Below are positions 1-10,061 of a stretch of DNA of 64,000 bases, one piece after another. The translations under genes were made by a program, and so were the position numbers. Positions within the stretch are counted from its first letter, which is position 1. Every line of letters starts with the position of its first letter. Under the pieces are notes generated by a model. That model was not told the DNA's origin. It was given only the letters and a program-made list of their open reading frames with translations, and made no database searches. Source of the DNA: Chloroflexota bacterium (GTDB lineage: Bacteria; Chloroflexota; Limnocylindria; QHBO01); the NCBI GenBank assembly GCA_040877645.1, contig JBBDNI010000049.1, positions 632-64,631 on the forward strand, written 5' to 3'.

Positions 1-334
1 GGCCCCAGCCATTCACCCGGTCGGTGTTCTCGGTGCCGCTGTATGGACTCGGGAACCCGTTGCCGTGCCCGAGGTAGACGACGATGTTCGCGCCGTTGAC
101 GGCGGCTCTCACGTTGGCCCAGGTGGCGGCCGGCGAGTAGACCTTCACGACCGTCGCGCCGGTGGCCTCGGCGGCCGTTGCGATGTCGTCTCCCCTGCTG
201 CGGTAGTTATCGGTCTGGGCGCCGGTTGGGCCGACGATGATGACCACCTTCTGGGGCGTGGCAGCGCCAACAGGGACGACCGCCAGCATCGACGAAACGA
301 GGGTGAGGGTCGCGATGAGGGCGATCCGGAATCG
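1..334 (-). CDS. Secreted protein, N-terminal fragment only; the gene continues past the left edge of the window.
   Basis: The minus-strand reading from a TTG at about 334 gives LPRRFRIALIATLTLVSSMLAVVPVGAATPQKVVIIVGPTG...NIVVYLGHGNGFPSPYSGTEN with no stop before position 1. It has a signal-peptide-like N-terminus and a GAGGAA RBS 6 nt upstream. It is absent from the ORF track because it is truncated. Confidence 0.4.
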
Positions 335-530
335 GCGGGGCAACGGGCGTTCCTCGTGTTGTCGGAGCGCCTCGGCCTGGGTACGCGGCGGCTCAGCGGT
401 CCGGCTCCGCACCGTAGCCGTCAGGTGCGGCGACGCACATGCCCCGTTGGTCCGCGAGGGGACGGCGATCGGGCCATGTGCGTCGGCGCAACTCCCCGCG
501 GAGGGAGTCGCGGCGCGAGGCGGAAGGGTC

Positions 531-1400
531 CTAATCCTGGGTGAAGCGCAGGACGACGAGGAGTCGCTCGACCGATGGGAAGTCGATGGCCGGCCGAACG
601 AATGCTGTCTGGGTCAGGGCATTCGCATCGGCCTCCACGGCCTGGATGCGCCCGATCAGCAGCCCCTTCGGGTACGGGCTGCGGCCGACCGCGGCGCCGC
701 TCGCGTCGGCCAGCGTCAGACCGGCGGTGACCACCGTGTCCCCCGCCGCGACCACGTCGGTCGCGCGCAGCTGCCCCATCACCAGCTGCCCGCCGAGCTG
801 GCCTGTCACGAGCCCCAGCGCCCGCGTCTGCTGGTCGAGCGCCACCACGCTCGAGCGAGGGTCGATCACAAAGCGCACGGTCGCGCTGTCCGATCCCGCC
901 GCCACCACCGCACCGGCCAGCGCTCCGCGTCCGTTGGCCGCCCCGACCACCGGCATGCCGACCCGCACGCCATCGGCCGTGCCAGCGTCGATCGCCACCT
1001 CCCAGGTCAGGTTGCCAGGGTCGCGTCCCAGGATGCGCACCGGGAGCAGGTCCATCTCCAGGGTGCGGGTGAGACCGAGCAGGGAGCGCAGCTCGGCATT
1101 CTCGTTTGCCGCCTCGCCGAGCTCGGCGATCCGCTCCTCGGCCGCCGCGAGCGCGTTGCGCAGCTCCTCGTTGGTCGTTCGCAGGCTGCCGATCTCGCCG
1201 ATGGCGGCCCACATGTCAGCGATCCCCGCCCCGACCCCGGCCATGGCGCCGCGCACCGGATCGAGGGCACGCGCGGAGATCTGCTGGAGGGTCTGGGCTG
1301 GCGCGGTGCGCGAGGCGAGCAGCATCAGCAGCGAGAGGACCGTGGCCGAGGCGAACCAGAGGCCTGCCCGCGAGCGCCGGTGTGGACTGCCTCCGACCAT
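531..1400 (-). CDS. mreC: Rod shape-determining protein MreC
   Basis: 289 aa with an N-terminal TM segment and coiled coil (ELRNALAAAEERIAELGEAANENAELRSLL) followed by a beta-rich C-terminal domain. It lies directly downstream of mreB on the same strand. Confidence 0.8.
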   Translation of the reverse strand: MVGGSPHRRSRAGLWFASATVLSLLMLLASRTAPAQTLQQISARALDPVRGAMAGVGAGIADMWAAIGEIGSLRTTNEELRNALAAAEERIAELGEAANENAELRSLLGLTRTLEMDLLPVRILGRDPGNLTWEVAIDAGTADGVRVGMPVVGAANGRGALAGAVVAAGSDSATVRFVIDPRSSVVALDQQTRALGLVTGQLGGQLVMGQLRATDVVAAGDTVVTAGLTLADASGAAVGRSPYPKGLLIGRIQAVEADANALTQTAFVRPAIDFPSVERLLVVLRFTQD

Positions 1401-1424
1401 CCGTCGCGATCGATGCCGTCGCGC

Positions 1425-2480
1425 CTAGCGCGGCGCGCGGCTGAACTGTTCGCTGACCATGACCCGCTCCAGGGTGTCGAGCTCCTCGAGCACCTTCCCG
1501 CAGCCACGCACCACGCATGTGAGCGGATCGTCGGCGATGTGGACCGGCATCTGGGTCGCCTCGGCTACTCGCTTGTCGAGCCCGACGAGCAGTGCACCGC
1601 CGCCGGCCAGCACGATCCCCTGGTCCATGATGTCCGCCACCAGCTCCGGCGGGGTCTCCTCGATCGTCTCCTTGATGGCGTCGATGATGTGCGCCACCGA
1701 GGGCTCGAGCGCCTCCCGGATCTGGTCGCTCCCCACCTCAACGCTGCGCGGCAGGCCGGTCAGCAGGTCGCGACCGCGGAAGGTGACGGTTCGCGGATTG
1801 TCCATGGCATACGCGGATCCGACGGCGATCTTGATCTCCTCGGCGGTCCGCTCCCCCATCAGCAGGTTGTACTCGCGCCGCGCGAAGCTGACGATATCGA
1901 GGTCCATCTCGTCGCCGCCGATCCTGATCGAGCGGCTGACCACGATCCCGCCCAGGCTGATGACCGCGACCTCGGTGGTCCCACCGCCGATGTCCACGAT
2001 CAGGGACCCGGACGGCTCGCTGACCGGCAGCCCGGCACCGATCGCCGCGGCCATCGGCTCCTCGATCAGGCGCGCCCAGCGCGCTCCCGCGTTCAGGGTC
2101 GCGTCGCGCACCGCCCGCTTCTCCACCTCGGTCACGCCCGACGGGATGCCGACCAGGACCCGCGGTCGGGGGATGCGGGCGTATCGGTCATGCACCTTCT
2201 GGATGAAGTACCGGATCATCTGCTCGGTGACGTCGAAGTCGCTGATCACCCCGTCGCGAAGCGGCCGGATGGCGACGATGCTGGCTGGCGTGCGGCCGAC
2301 CATGCGCTTGGCCTCGGCACCGATGGCCAGCACGCGCCGCGTGCGCGTGTCCATGGCGACCACGCTCGGCTCGGAGATGACAATCCCCCGATGCCGCACG
2401 GTGACGAGGGTGTTGGCCGTGCCGAGGTCGATCCCGACGTCATGCGAGAGCAGCCCGAGCAGGCCGTCGAAGATGCCCAC
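1425..2480 (-). CDS. mreB: Rod shape-determining actin-like protein MreB
   Basis: Actin-fold motifs are present (GIDLGTANTLV, DIGGGTTEVAVISLGGIV, VLAGGGALL). The start is assigned to an internal GTG (VGIFDG...) with GGAGG 4 nt upstream. The 38 residues of the track ORF upstream of that are probably not coding. Confidence 0.9.
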   Translation of the reverse strand: MGIFDGLLGLLSHDVGIDLGTANTLVTVRHRGIVISEPSVVAMDTRTRRVLAIGAEAKRMVGRTPASIVAIRPLRDGVISDFDVTEQMIRYFIQKVHDRYARIPRPRVLVGIPSGVTEVEKRAVRDATLNAGARWARLIEEPMAAAIGAGLPVSEPSGSLIVDIGGGTTEVAVISLGGIVVSRSIRIGGDEMDLDIVSFARREYNLLMGERTAEEIKIAVGSAYAMDNPRTVTFRGRDLLTGLPRSVEVGSDQIREALEPSVAHIIDAIKETIEETPPELVADIMDQGIVLAGGGALLVGLDKRVAEATQMPVHIADDPLTCVVRGCGKVLEELDTLERVMVSEQFSRAPR

Positions 2481-2587
2481 GGTGCCTCCGATGGGTTGGT
2501 TTTCGGGTCCGGGCGGGCCGGTCGGCGCCTCTGGCAACCCTAGCACACCGCCATCGGCGCGGAGGCTCCACGCTAAGGTGTAGCGCG

Positions 2588-4531
2588 ATGCCACCCGCCT
2601 CCCGCTCCGGCCCCAATTCGCTGCCGCCTGGCGTCAGTGATGCCGACCTTCGCCAGATCGTCGACGGCAGCCACCCGCGGCCGTGGCAGGTGCTCGGCGC
2701 CCGTCCTGCGATCGCCGACGGGAGCGGCGGGGTCGTCTTCAGGGTGTGGGCACCGAACGCTCGCAGCGTGCGGGTGGTGGGAGCCTTCAGCGCCCGCCGC
2801 GGCGACGAGCGACCACTGGCCAGGCTCGGTGACTCGGGGGTGTGGGCCGGATTCGTGCCAGGCATCGGCCCCGGGGAGCGATACCGGTTCGAGGTGCATG
2901 GACGGGACCGCCGGACCCGGTTCAAGGCCGATCCCTACGGCTTCGCCATGGAGCGACCACCCGAGACCGCATCCCGCGTCGTGGCACAATCGGCGCACCG
3001 ATGGCGTGATGCGGCCTGGATGCGGTCACGCGCCGGTGCCGACCCGCAGCGCTCGCCGATGCACATCTACGAGGTCCACCTCGGCTCATGGCGCCGCCAT
3101 CCGGACGGGAGCTGGCTGACCTACGCCGAGATCGGCCCGCTGCTGGCCGAGCACTGCCATCGCTTCGGGTTCACGCACGTTGAGCTGCTTCCCATCGCCG
3201 AACACCCGTTCGATGGGTCGTGGGGCTACCAGGTGACCGGCTACTACGCCCCGACAGCGCGATTCGGCTCGCCGGACCAGCTGCGAGCGATGATCGATGG
3301 GCTGCATCGCGCGGGGATCGGCGTGATCCTGGACTGGGTGCCCGGCCACTTCCCGCGGGATGAGCATGCCCTCGCTCACTTCGACGGTACGTCGCTGTAC
3401 GAGCATGCCGACCCGATGCGCGGGGAGCATCCCGATTGGGGGACGCTCATCTTTGACTTCGGCAGGCCACCGGTCCGGAACTTCCTGATCGGCAACGCCC
3501 GGTACTGGCTCGAGGAGTTCCACGTCGACGGGCTGCGCGTGGATGCGGTGGCCTCGATGCTCTACCTCGACTACTCCCGCAAGAAGGGCGAGTGGAAGCC
3601 GAACGTCGAGGGCGGCAACCGAAACCTCGAGGCGATCGCCTTCCTGCGCGACCTCAACCTTGAGGTCCACGCCGCGGCACCCGGGATCACCACCGCCGCC
3701 GAGGAGTCGACCGCCTTCCCCGGCGTCACGGCGTCGGTGGCCGATGGCGGGCTGGGCTTCGACTTCAAGTGGGACCTGGGCTGGATGCATGACACGCTCG
3801 ACTACTTTGCGTCGCGGCCCAGCCGCCGCACGAAACGGCGCCGGCGCCTCACCTTCCGCGGCATGTACCTCCGCTCGGAGCGCTGGGTGCTGCCGCTCTC
3901 GCACGACGAGGTGGTGCACCTCAAGCGATCGCTGCTGGGGAGGATGCCCGGGCGACCCCCTCAGCGTTTCGGTGGCCTGCGCTCCCTGCTCGCAAACCAG
4001 ATCGGGCAGCCGGGCAAGAAGCTGCTCTTCATGGGTACCGAGCTCGCACCGAGCGGCGAGTGGAACCACGACGTCCAATTGCCGTGGAGCACGGCCTCTG
4101 ACCCCCTGCGCGACGGGCTGGCCAGGATGCTCGCCGATCTGGGCGTTCTGTATGGCGGCGAGCCGGCCCTCTGGTACGGCGATGCCGACGCGGCGGGCTT
4201 CGAGTGGATCGACGGCGGTGACGATCCGGACGACCGGACGATCGTGGCCTGGGTGCGGCGGGCGAGGCGAGGCGAAGGGCGGGATGACGAGCTGGTCGTG
4301 GTCCAGAACATGGGAAAGGCCGCGCGTGAGGGATATCGGCTCGGCCTTCCACGCGTGGGGCGTTGGGAGGAGGCCTTCAATACCGATTCGCGACACTACG
4401 GCGGGTCCGACGTTGGCAACCAGGGCCTCGTGGAGGCCACGCCCCACAGGCACGCCGGCCAGCCGGCCTCCGCCCTGGTCACCCTGCCGCCCTACGGCAC
4501 GATCTTCCTGCGTCCGCAGCGCCGGCCCTGA
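2588..4531 (+). CDS. glgB: 1,4-alpha-glucan branching enzyme
   Basis: 647 aa with GH13 catalytic motifs (GIGVILDWVPGHFP, HVDGLRVDAVASMLYLDY, EESTAFPGV) and the N-terminal CBM48-like region typical of GlgB. Confidence 0.9.
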   Translation: MPPASRSGPNSLPPGVSDADLRQIVDGSHPRPWQVLGARPAIADGSGGVVFRVWAPNARSVRVVGAFSARRGDERPLARLGDSGVWAGFVPGIGPGERYRFEVHGRDRRTRFKADPYGFAMERPPETASRVVAQSAHRWRDAAWMRSRAGADPQRSPMHIYEVHLGSWRRHPDGSWLTYAEIGPLLAEHCHRFGFTHVELLPIAEHPFDGSWGYQVTGYYAPTARFGSPDQLRAMIDGLHRAGIGVILDWVPGHFPRDEHALAHFDGTSLYEHADPMRGEHPDWGTLIFDFGRPPVRNFLIGNARYWLEEFHVDGLRVDAVASMLYLDYSRKKGEWKPNVEGGNRNLEAIAFLRDLNLEVHAAAPGITTAAEESTAFPGVTASVADGGLGFDFKWDLGWMHDTLDYFASRPSRRTKRRRRLTFRGMYLRSERWVLPLSHDEVVHLKRSLLGRMPGRPPQRFGGLRSLLANQIGQPGKKLLFMGTELAPSGEWNHDVQLPWSTASDPLRDGLARMLADLGVLYGGEPALWYGDADAAGFEWIDGGDDPDDRTIVAWVRRARRGEGRDDELVVVQNMGKAAREGYRLGLPRVGRWEEAFNTDSRHYGGSDVGNQGLVEATPHRHAGQPASALVTLPPYGTIFLRPQRRP

Positions 4532-4544
4532 CCGGCTGCCGCTC

Positions 4545-6506
4545 CTAGCGCGGCAACGCGAACATCGCGACGCTCCGACCGCGCAGCTCATAGGTGGAGC
4601 CGGGTGGATGCCACGTCCCCGCCTGCCCGTCGGGTGGGACTGCGGCGTCGGCGCTATCCAGCACCAGCTGCCACGGATCTGCGCTGACCTGGGCCAGGGC
4701 GACGGCATGGCGCTCATCGGTTGGATTCAGGACGAGCAGCAGGTGCGCATCCGGCCCGGGATCCTCGGCTTCCGCCGCCAGCTGCTGGGAGAGTAGCTCT
4801 CCATCGTGTGTCGCGGGTTCGGCAAAGCGGTCGGCTCGAAGGAGCGGATGTGTCCGACGCACCGCAACCAGGTGGGCGACGAAGGCCTCGAGGTCTCGAT
4901 CCGCGGATGCGACCTGCCACGACACCCAGCCGGTGGGGTTGTCCTGGGAATACGTGTTGTTGTTGCCGTGCTGGGTGCGACCGAGCTCGTCGCCGGCGAG
5001 CAGCATCGGCACGCCGCGGCTGAGCAGCAGCGCGGCCAGCAGCGCGCGCCGCTGCCGCAGCCGGAGGTTCACGATCCGCGGATCGTCGGTTGGCCCCTCG
5101 ACCCCGAAGTTCTGCGAGAAGTTGACCTCCTCGCCGTCGTAGCCGCCCTCGCCATTCGCCTCGTTGTGCTTATCGACGTAGCTGACCAGGTCGAGCAGGG
5201 TGAAGCCGTCATGCGCGGTCACGAAGTTGATTGAGGCCGATGGAGCCCGGCCCGCGGCCCCGAACAGGTCCGGCGAGCCAGCGAGGCGTGAGCCCAGCGT
5301 CGTCGCGCCGAGCCCCGCCCAGAAGCGTCGCGCGTCATCACGGAAGCGACCGTTCCACTCGCTCCAGCCGCTCGGGAACTGGCCGAGCCGAAAACCGTCG
5401 GGGCGCGCATCCCACGGCTCGGCGATCAGCTTCAGGCCGCCGAGCAGCGGGTCGGCGGTGATGGCTTCAAGGATGGGGGCCTCGGACGAGAAGCCCGACT
5501 CCGTGTGACCGAGGACGGTGGCGAGGTCGAAGCGGAATCCGTCGACCCCGTACTCGTCGGCGAAGACGCGCAGGCTGTCGACCACCAGGCGCTGCACCGC
5601 CGGATGCGATACATCGAGCGTGTTGCCGGTCCCTGCGTCGTTGACGTAGCGCGCTTGGTCGTCGGGGTCGAGGCGGTAGTAGGCCGCGTTGTCGATCCCC
5701 CGGAACGCGAGGGTGGGGCCCTGCTCGTCTCCCTCGCCGGTGTGGTTGTAGACGACGTCCAGGATCACCTCCACGCCGGCGGCGTGCAGCGCCCGCACCG
5801 CCTCCCGCAGCTCGGAGCGAGGGTCGTCGCTCGCGGCATAGCGCGGGTCGGGTGCCAGGAAGGCGATCGTGTTGTAGCCCCAATAGTCGCTCAGCCCCTG
5901 ATCGAACAGGAGTCGCCGGGTGACGTGCTGCTGGACGGGGAGCAGCTCGAGGGCGGTGACGCCCAGCGACCGCAGGTGGTCGGTGATCGCGGGGTGGCCG
6001 AGACCGGCGTAGGTGCCCCGCAGCGCCTCGGGCAGGTCAGGATGCAGGCGCGTCAGCCCCCTGACGTGTGCCTCGTAGATGAGCGAGTCCGCCATCGGGG
6101 TGCGCGGCCGCTCAGCATCGAAGACCGATGCGAGGGGTGACGCGACCAGGCAGTGAGGCATGAAGGGAGCCGAGTCGCGGTCGTCGGCATGCTCCGCGCG
6201 CAGCTGGATCGGCCCGGTCAGGCGCCTGGCGTGCGGATCGAGCAGCAGCTTGGCGGGGTTGAACCGATGTCCCTGCGCCGGCTCGTACGGTCCGTGGGCG
6301 CGATAGCCGTAGGCCTGCCCCTCGCCCACCCCGTCAATGCGAACGCTCCACACGTCGTCGGGGCCGCGGACCGACGGCACCCGGCTTTCAGCCCCATCGG
6401 CGTCGAAGAGGCACAGCTCGACGCCGGTGGCGTGCTGGCTCCAGATCGAGAAGGTGGTTCCGTTCGCGTCGACCGACGCGCCCAGCGGGGGCGGCGGGTC
6501 GGTCAT
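4545..6506 (-). CDS. glgX: Glycogen debranching enzyme GlgX (GH13 isoamylase-type)
   Basis: 653 aa. The N-terminus matches GlgX (GASVDANGTTFSIWSQHATGVELCLFD). GH13 motifs are VILDVVYNHTGEG, GFRFDLATVLG, EPWD and FVTAHDGFTL. Confidence 0.85.
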   Translation of the reverse strand: MTDPPPPLGASVDANGTTFSIWSQHATGVELCLFDADGAESRVPSVRGPDDVWSVRIDGVGEGQAYGYRAHGPYEPAQGHRFNPAKLLLDPHARRLTGPIQLRAEHADDRDSAPFMPHCLVASPLASVFDAERPRTPMADSLIYEAHVRGLTRLHPDLPEALRGTYAGLGHPAITDHLRSLGVTALELLPVQQHVTRRLLFDQGLSDYWGYNTIAFLAPDPRYAASDDPRSELREAVRALHAAGVEVILDVVYNHTGEGDEQGPTLAFRGIDNAAYYRLDPDDQARYVNDAGTGNTLDVSHPAVQRLVVDSLRVFADEYGVDGFRFDLATVLGHTESGFSSEAPILEAITADPLLGGLKLIAEPWDARPDGFRLGQFPSGWSEWNGRFRDDARRFWAGLGATTLGSRLAGSPDLFGAAGRAPSASINFVTAHDGFTLLDLVSYVDKHNEANGEGGYDGEEVNFSQNFGVEGPTDDPRIVNLRLRQRRALLAALLLSRGVPMLLAGDELGRTQHGNNNTYSQDNPTGWVSWQVASADRDLEAFVAHLVAVRRTHPLLRADRFAEPATHDGELLSQQLAAEAEDPGPDAHLLLVLNPTDERHAVALAQVSADPWQLVLDSADAAVPPDGQAGTWHPPGSTYELRGRSVAMFALPR

Positions 6507-6513
6507 GCTGGGG

Positions 6514-8583
6514 TCATCGGACGAGCGGCCGGAGCGTGAAGACGCGATACGGCAGCCTGGCGGGGTTCAGCTCCACCGGCACCTTCGCTCCACGCAGCCG
6601 CCGCGAGCGACCGGTCAGGAGGTCGACCATCAGGTACGGCTCTTCCCAACCGATCCCGATCGCTGGCAGGTCGGGGTGCAGGATCGCTCGCTCCGGCTCG
6701 GTGGGGTCGCAGTTGACCGCGACGTAGACCGGATCGCGCCACCGGTGCGGGAACCCGGTGAGCGGATCGACGGGGCCATCGGGCAGCGCCTTGCGGAAGA
6801 AGAGGGTGCGTTCGCCGGTCGCCGGCTCGAAGCGCAGGTTGTCCGACAGCCGCAGCGCCCGCCACTCCCCGCGCAGGCGGTTGAGACCGGCGATAAGCGA
6901 CCTGATGTTGCCGGGTGCCTGCCAGTCGCGCGCCCGGATCTCGTACTTCTCGCTGTGCCTGTACTCCTCTCGCTCGCCCAGCCGCCCCTGCTCGCACAGC
7001 TCGAAGCCCGAGTAGATGCCCCACGACGGCGACAGCGTCGCGGCCAGCACGGCCCGGATCTTGAAGGCGGGCCGGCCTGCGTCAAGGAGGTGGGGATTGA
7101 TATCGGGGGTGTTCGGCCACAGGTTGCCGCGGAAGTACTCCCGCATCTCGGTCTGGGTCAGCTCCTCGAGGTATTCGCGCAGCTCCTCGGCCGTCTCCCG
7201 CCAGGTGAAGTAGGTGTAGCTCTGCGTGAAGCCGGCCTTGGCCAGGGCGCGCATGCGCTTCGGCTTGGTGAATGCCTCGGAGAGGAAGATCACGTCGGGG
7301 TGCTCGCGCTGCACCTCGTCGATCAGCCACTGCCAGAACGCCAGTGGCTTGGTGTGCGGGTTGTCGATCCGGAAGATGCGGACACCGCGCCCGATCCAGG
7401 TGAGCACCACCTCGCGCCATGCCAGCCACAGCGCCTCACGATCGGCCGCCGCCGCGCCGCCGAAGTCGATCGGGTAGATGTCCTCGTAGCGCTTCGGGGG
7501 GTTCTCGGCGTGTTTGATCGTGCCGTGGGGAGCGTGGCTGAACCAGGCGGGGTGCTCGACGACCCACGGGTGGTCGGGCGACGCCTGGAGGGCAAGGTCG
7601 AGCGCGACCTCCATGTCGAGCGCTTCCGTGGCTCGCCGAAAATGGTCGAACTCGGCCAGCCCGCCGAGCTCGGCCGCGACCGCGGTATGCCCACCCTCGG
7701 ACGAACCGATCGCCCACGGCGAGCCGGGATCGCCCCGCCGGGCGCGGAGCGTGTTGTTGCGGCCCTTGCGGTTGGTTCGGCCGATCGGGTGGATCGGCGT
7801 CAGGTAGACGACGTCGAAGCCCATCGCCGCGATGTCGGTCAGGCGCCAGCCCGCGCCACGCAGGGTCGTCGGTGTCGGTCGCGCCGGATCACGTCCCTGG
7901 GAGCGCGGGAACATCTCGTACCAGGCGGAGCATCTGGCACGCTCGCGATCGACCATCAGCGGCAGCTCGGGCTCGGAGCGGGTTGCCGCCGAGCGATCGG
8001 CATGGCGCCGCGCTGCCGCAACGACCGCGTCCGCCGCGAGCGCGGCGGCACGGGTGCGCGGAGACCGCGCTCGGCCCTCGCGCTGCAACGCCTCGCGGAT
8101 GGTCCGTGCGTCACGGCCGCGGGAACGCGCCAGCGCGGCCTGCAGCAGCAGCCGGCCCTCCGCCAGCTCGGTATCGATCGCCATGCCGGCCGCCAGCTTC
8201 TTGACGGTCGCCGTCCGCCACGATCCGATCGCGTCGCGCCAGGCCTCGATCACGTACCGATGCCGCGCGTTGCGGGTCAGGGTCGTCGCCCCGCTCCAGC
8301 GGTCGTTGTCGACCAGGCGCATCGGCGTCTCGGTCCACGCCTCGTCGTCCTCGGCGCGCAGCAGTAGCACCGCGTCGAGCAGATCGTGGCCATCGGCAAA
8401 GATGTCGGCGGTCACCAGCAGGTCGTCGCCGACGACGCGCTTGACCGGGTAGCGGCCGCAGTCGAGCTCGGGGCTGATGTGCTCGATCACGATCGAGCGT
8501 CGGGTGCCGACCTCGCCCGGCCCGGGCTCAGCCGGGGTGGCCGCGTTGCTGCCGTGCCTGCGTATCGGTCGGGTGGTCGTCAT
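6514..8583 (-). CDS. glgE: Alpha-1,4-glucan:maltose-1-phosphate maltosyltransferase
   Basis: 689 aa. The N-terminal domain (IEHISPELDCGRYPVKRVVGDDLLVTADIFADGHD) and the GH13_3 core (VVYLTPIHPIG, VRIFRIDNPHTKP, FLSEAFT) match the GlgE family. Confidence 0.8.
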   Translation of the reverse strand: MTTTRPIRRHGSNAATPAEPGPGEVGTRRSIVIEHISPELDCGRYPVKRVVGDDLLVTADIFADGHDLLDAVLLLRAEDDEAWTETPMRLVDNDRWSGATTLTRNARHRYVIEAWRDAIGSWRTATVKKLAAGMAIDTELAEGRLLLQAALARSRGRDARTIREALQREGRARSPRTRAAALAADAVVAAARRHADRSAATRSEPELPLMVDRERARCSAWYEMFPRSQGRDPARPTPTTLRGAGWRLTDIAAMGFDVVYLTPIHPIGRTNRKGRNNTLRARRGDPGSPWAIGSSEGGHTAVAAELGGLAEFDHFRRATEALDMEVALDLALQASPDHPWVVEHPAWFSHAPHGTIKHAENPPKRYEDIYPIDFGGAAAADREALWLAWREVVLTWIGRGVRIFRIDNPHTKPLAFWQWLIDEVQREHPDVIFLSEAFTKPKRMRALAKAGFTQSYTYFTWRETAEELREYLEELTQTEMREYFRGNLWPNTPDINPHLLDAGRPAFKIRAVLAATLSPSWGIYSGFELCEQGRLGEREEYRHSEKYEIRARDWQAPGNIRSLIAGLNRLRGEWRALRLSDNLRFEPATGERTLFFRKALPDGPVDPLTGFPHRWRDPVYVAVNCDPTEPERAILHPDLPAIGIGWEEPYLMVDLLTGRSRRLRGAKVPVELNPARLPYRVFTLRPLVR

Positions 8584-8660
8584 CTTCTGGTTAGCGCAAC
8601 CGTACCCGATCCGATGCCACGCGCAACCGAATCAGCGCGGTCGGGGTAGTCTAGGAAGGC

Positions 8661-10034
8661 ATGCACTTCCGCCCCGTCCGTCCGCGCGCCGTCCCATTCG
8701 TGCTCGGCTGCGCGCTGCTGGTTGCCTGCGCGTCGTCGCCGTCCCCGAGCCCGGGAGGCTCCGGCTCTGCGTCTCCGGGTGGGTCGTCGACGGCCTCGCC
8801 CGGCGTCTCGGCCGAGTCCCGCGCCCCTTCTGCATCAGAGTCAGCCAGCCCATCCCCGACCGCCGCCCCGACCGCGACGCCCAGCCCGACCAGGACGCCC
8901 AGCCCGACCAGGACGCCAAGCCCGACTGCGGCACCGGTCCCGCCGGCGCCACTCAGGGTCGCGCTGGCGCTCGTCACCCTGGGGCTCAGCGAACCGATCG
9001 GGATCGCCAATGCCGGGGATGGCAGCGGCCGTCTTTTCGTCCAGGAGCGCGGCGGCAAGATCCGCGTGGTCGAGGCCAACGGCACGCTGCGTGCAGCTCC
9101 CTTCGTGGACCTCACCAACCGGGTCCTGGGCGGCGGCGAGCGCGGCCTGCTGGGGCTGGCCTTCCACCCCAACTTCGAGACCAACCGACGCCTCTTCGTC
9201 CATTACAGCCACGAAGGAGACGGCGCCACGGTCATCTCCGAGCTGACCGCCGCGGCCAACGGCAGCACCGCCGACCCGGCCAGCGAGCGAATTCTCCTGA
9301 CCATGCCCGATGAACTGAGCAACCACAATGGCGGGCAGCTCGCCTTCGGGCCAAACGGATACCTGTACATCGGCCTCGGCGACGGCGGCGGTGGCGGCGA
9401 CCCGTATGGCAGCGGCCAGAACCGGCAGACGCTGCTTGGCAAGATCCTCCGTATCGACGTGAACGGCCCCCACGCCGCCGGCAAGCAGTACGCCATTCCG
9501 GCCAGCAACCCGTACGCCTCGGGCGGCAGCTCGCCAGGCGCCGGCCTGCCGGAGATCTGGGCCTACGGCCTGCGCAACCCGTGGCGCTTCAGCTTCGACC
9601 GTGCCAACGGGGACCTCTACATCGGCGACGTCGGCCAGGGCAACTGGGAGGAGATCGACCGGCAGGCGGCGAGCTCAGGTGGTGGCGAGAACTACGGCTG
9701 GAACGCCTACGAGGGGAATCATTGCTACAGCTCCGCCTGCGCGCAGGTCACCGCGGTCCCGCCAGTCGCGGAGTACAGCCACAGCCTGGGCCGCTGCTCC
9801 GTCAGCGGGGGATACGTGTACCGCGGCAGCCAGGCCGCGCTCACGGGGCGGTACCTGTTCGGTGACTACTGCTCCGGCACGATCTTCAGCATTGCGGCTG
9901 GCGGTGGCGCGAAGGTGCCGGAGGCGGTGGGCGACAGCGGCAAGCAGATCTCCTCGTTCGGGGAGGGCGAGAACGGCGAGCTGTATCTCGTCGACCTCGC
10001 CGGCGGAGGACTCTACCGGCTGCTGGCCGAATGA
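8661..10034 (+). CDS. PQQ-dependent sugar (glucose/sorbosone) dehydrogenase family lipoprotein
   Basis: The signal peptide has a lipobox (LLVACAS), followed by a Pro/Thr/Ser-rich linker (PSPTRTPSPTRTPSPT). The soluble quinoprotein dehydrogenase beta-propeller shows motifs LAFHPNF, HNGGQLAFGPNGYLYIGLGDGGG and NYGWN. Confidence 0.75.
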   Translation: MHFRPVRPRAVPFVLGCALLVACASSPSPSPGGSGSASPGGSSTASPGVSAESRAPSASESASPSPTAAPTATPSPTRTPSPTRTPSPTAAPVPPAPLRVALALVTLGLSEPIGIANAGDGSGRLFVQERGGKIRVVEANGTLRAAPFVDLTNRVLGGGERGLLGLAFHPNFETNRRLFVHYSHEGDGATVISELTAAANGSTADPASERILLTMPDELSNHNGGQLAFGPNGYLYIGLGDGGGGGDPYGSGQNRQTLLGKILRIDVNGPHAAGKQYAIPASNPYASGGSSPGAGLPEIWAYGLRNPWRFSFDRANGDLYIGDVGQGNWEEIDRQAASSGGGENYGWNAYEGNHCYSSACAQVTAVPPVAEYSHSLGRCSVSGGYVYRGSQAALTGRYLFGDYCSGTIFSIAAGGGAKVPEAVGDSGKQISSFGEGENGELYLVDLAGGGLYRLLAE

Positions 10035-10061
10035 GCCGATGCCACACGCCGGGGCTGGCGG

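Noticed and set aside
237-2543. A 768-aa plus-strand ORF, and many similar long Arg/Pro/Gly-rich ORFs (for example 3086..4717-, 6337..8367+, 18174..19799+, 29249..31684+, 42764..45019-).
   Set aside because: They are antisense or out-of-frame shadows of well-supported genes (mreB/mreC, glgB, glgE, purL, UPF0182, fmt/folD). They have extreme Arg/Pro/Gly bias and no domain signatures, which is the typical high-GC ORF artefact.
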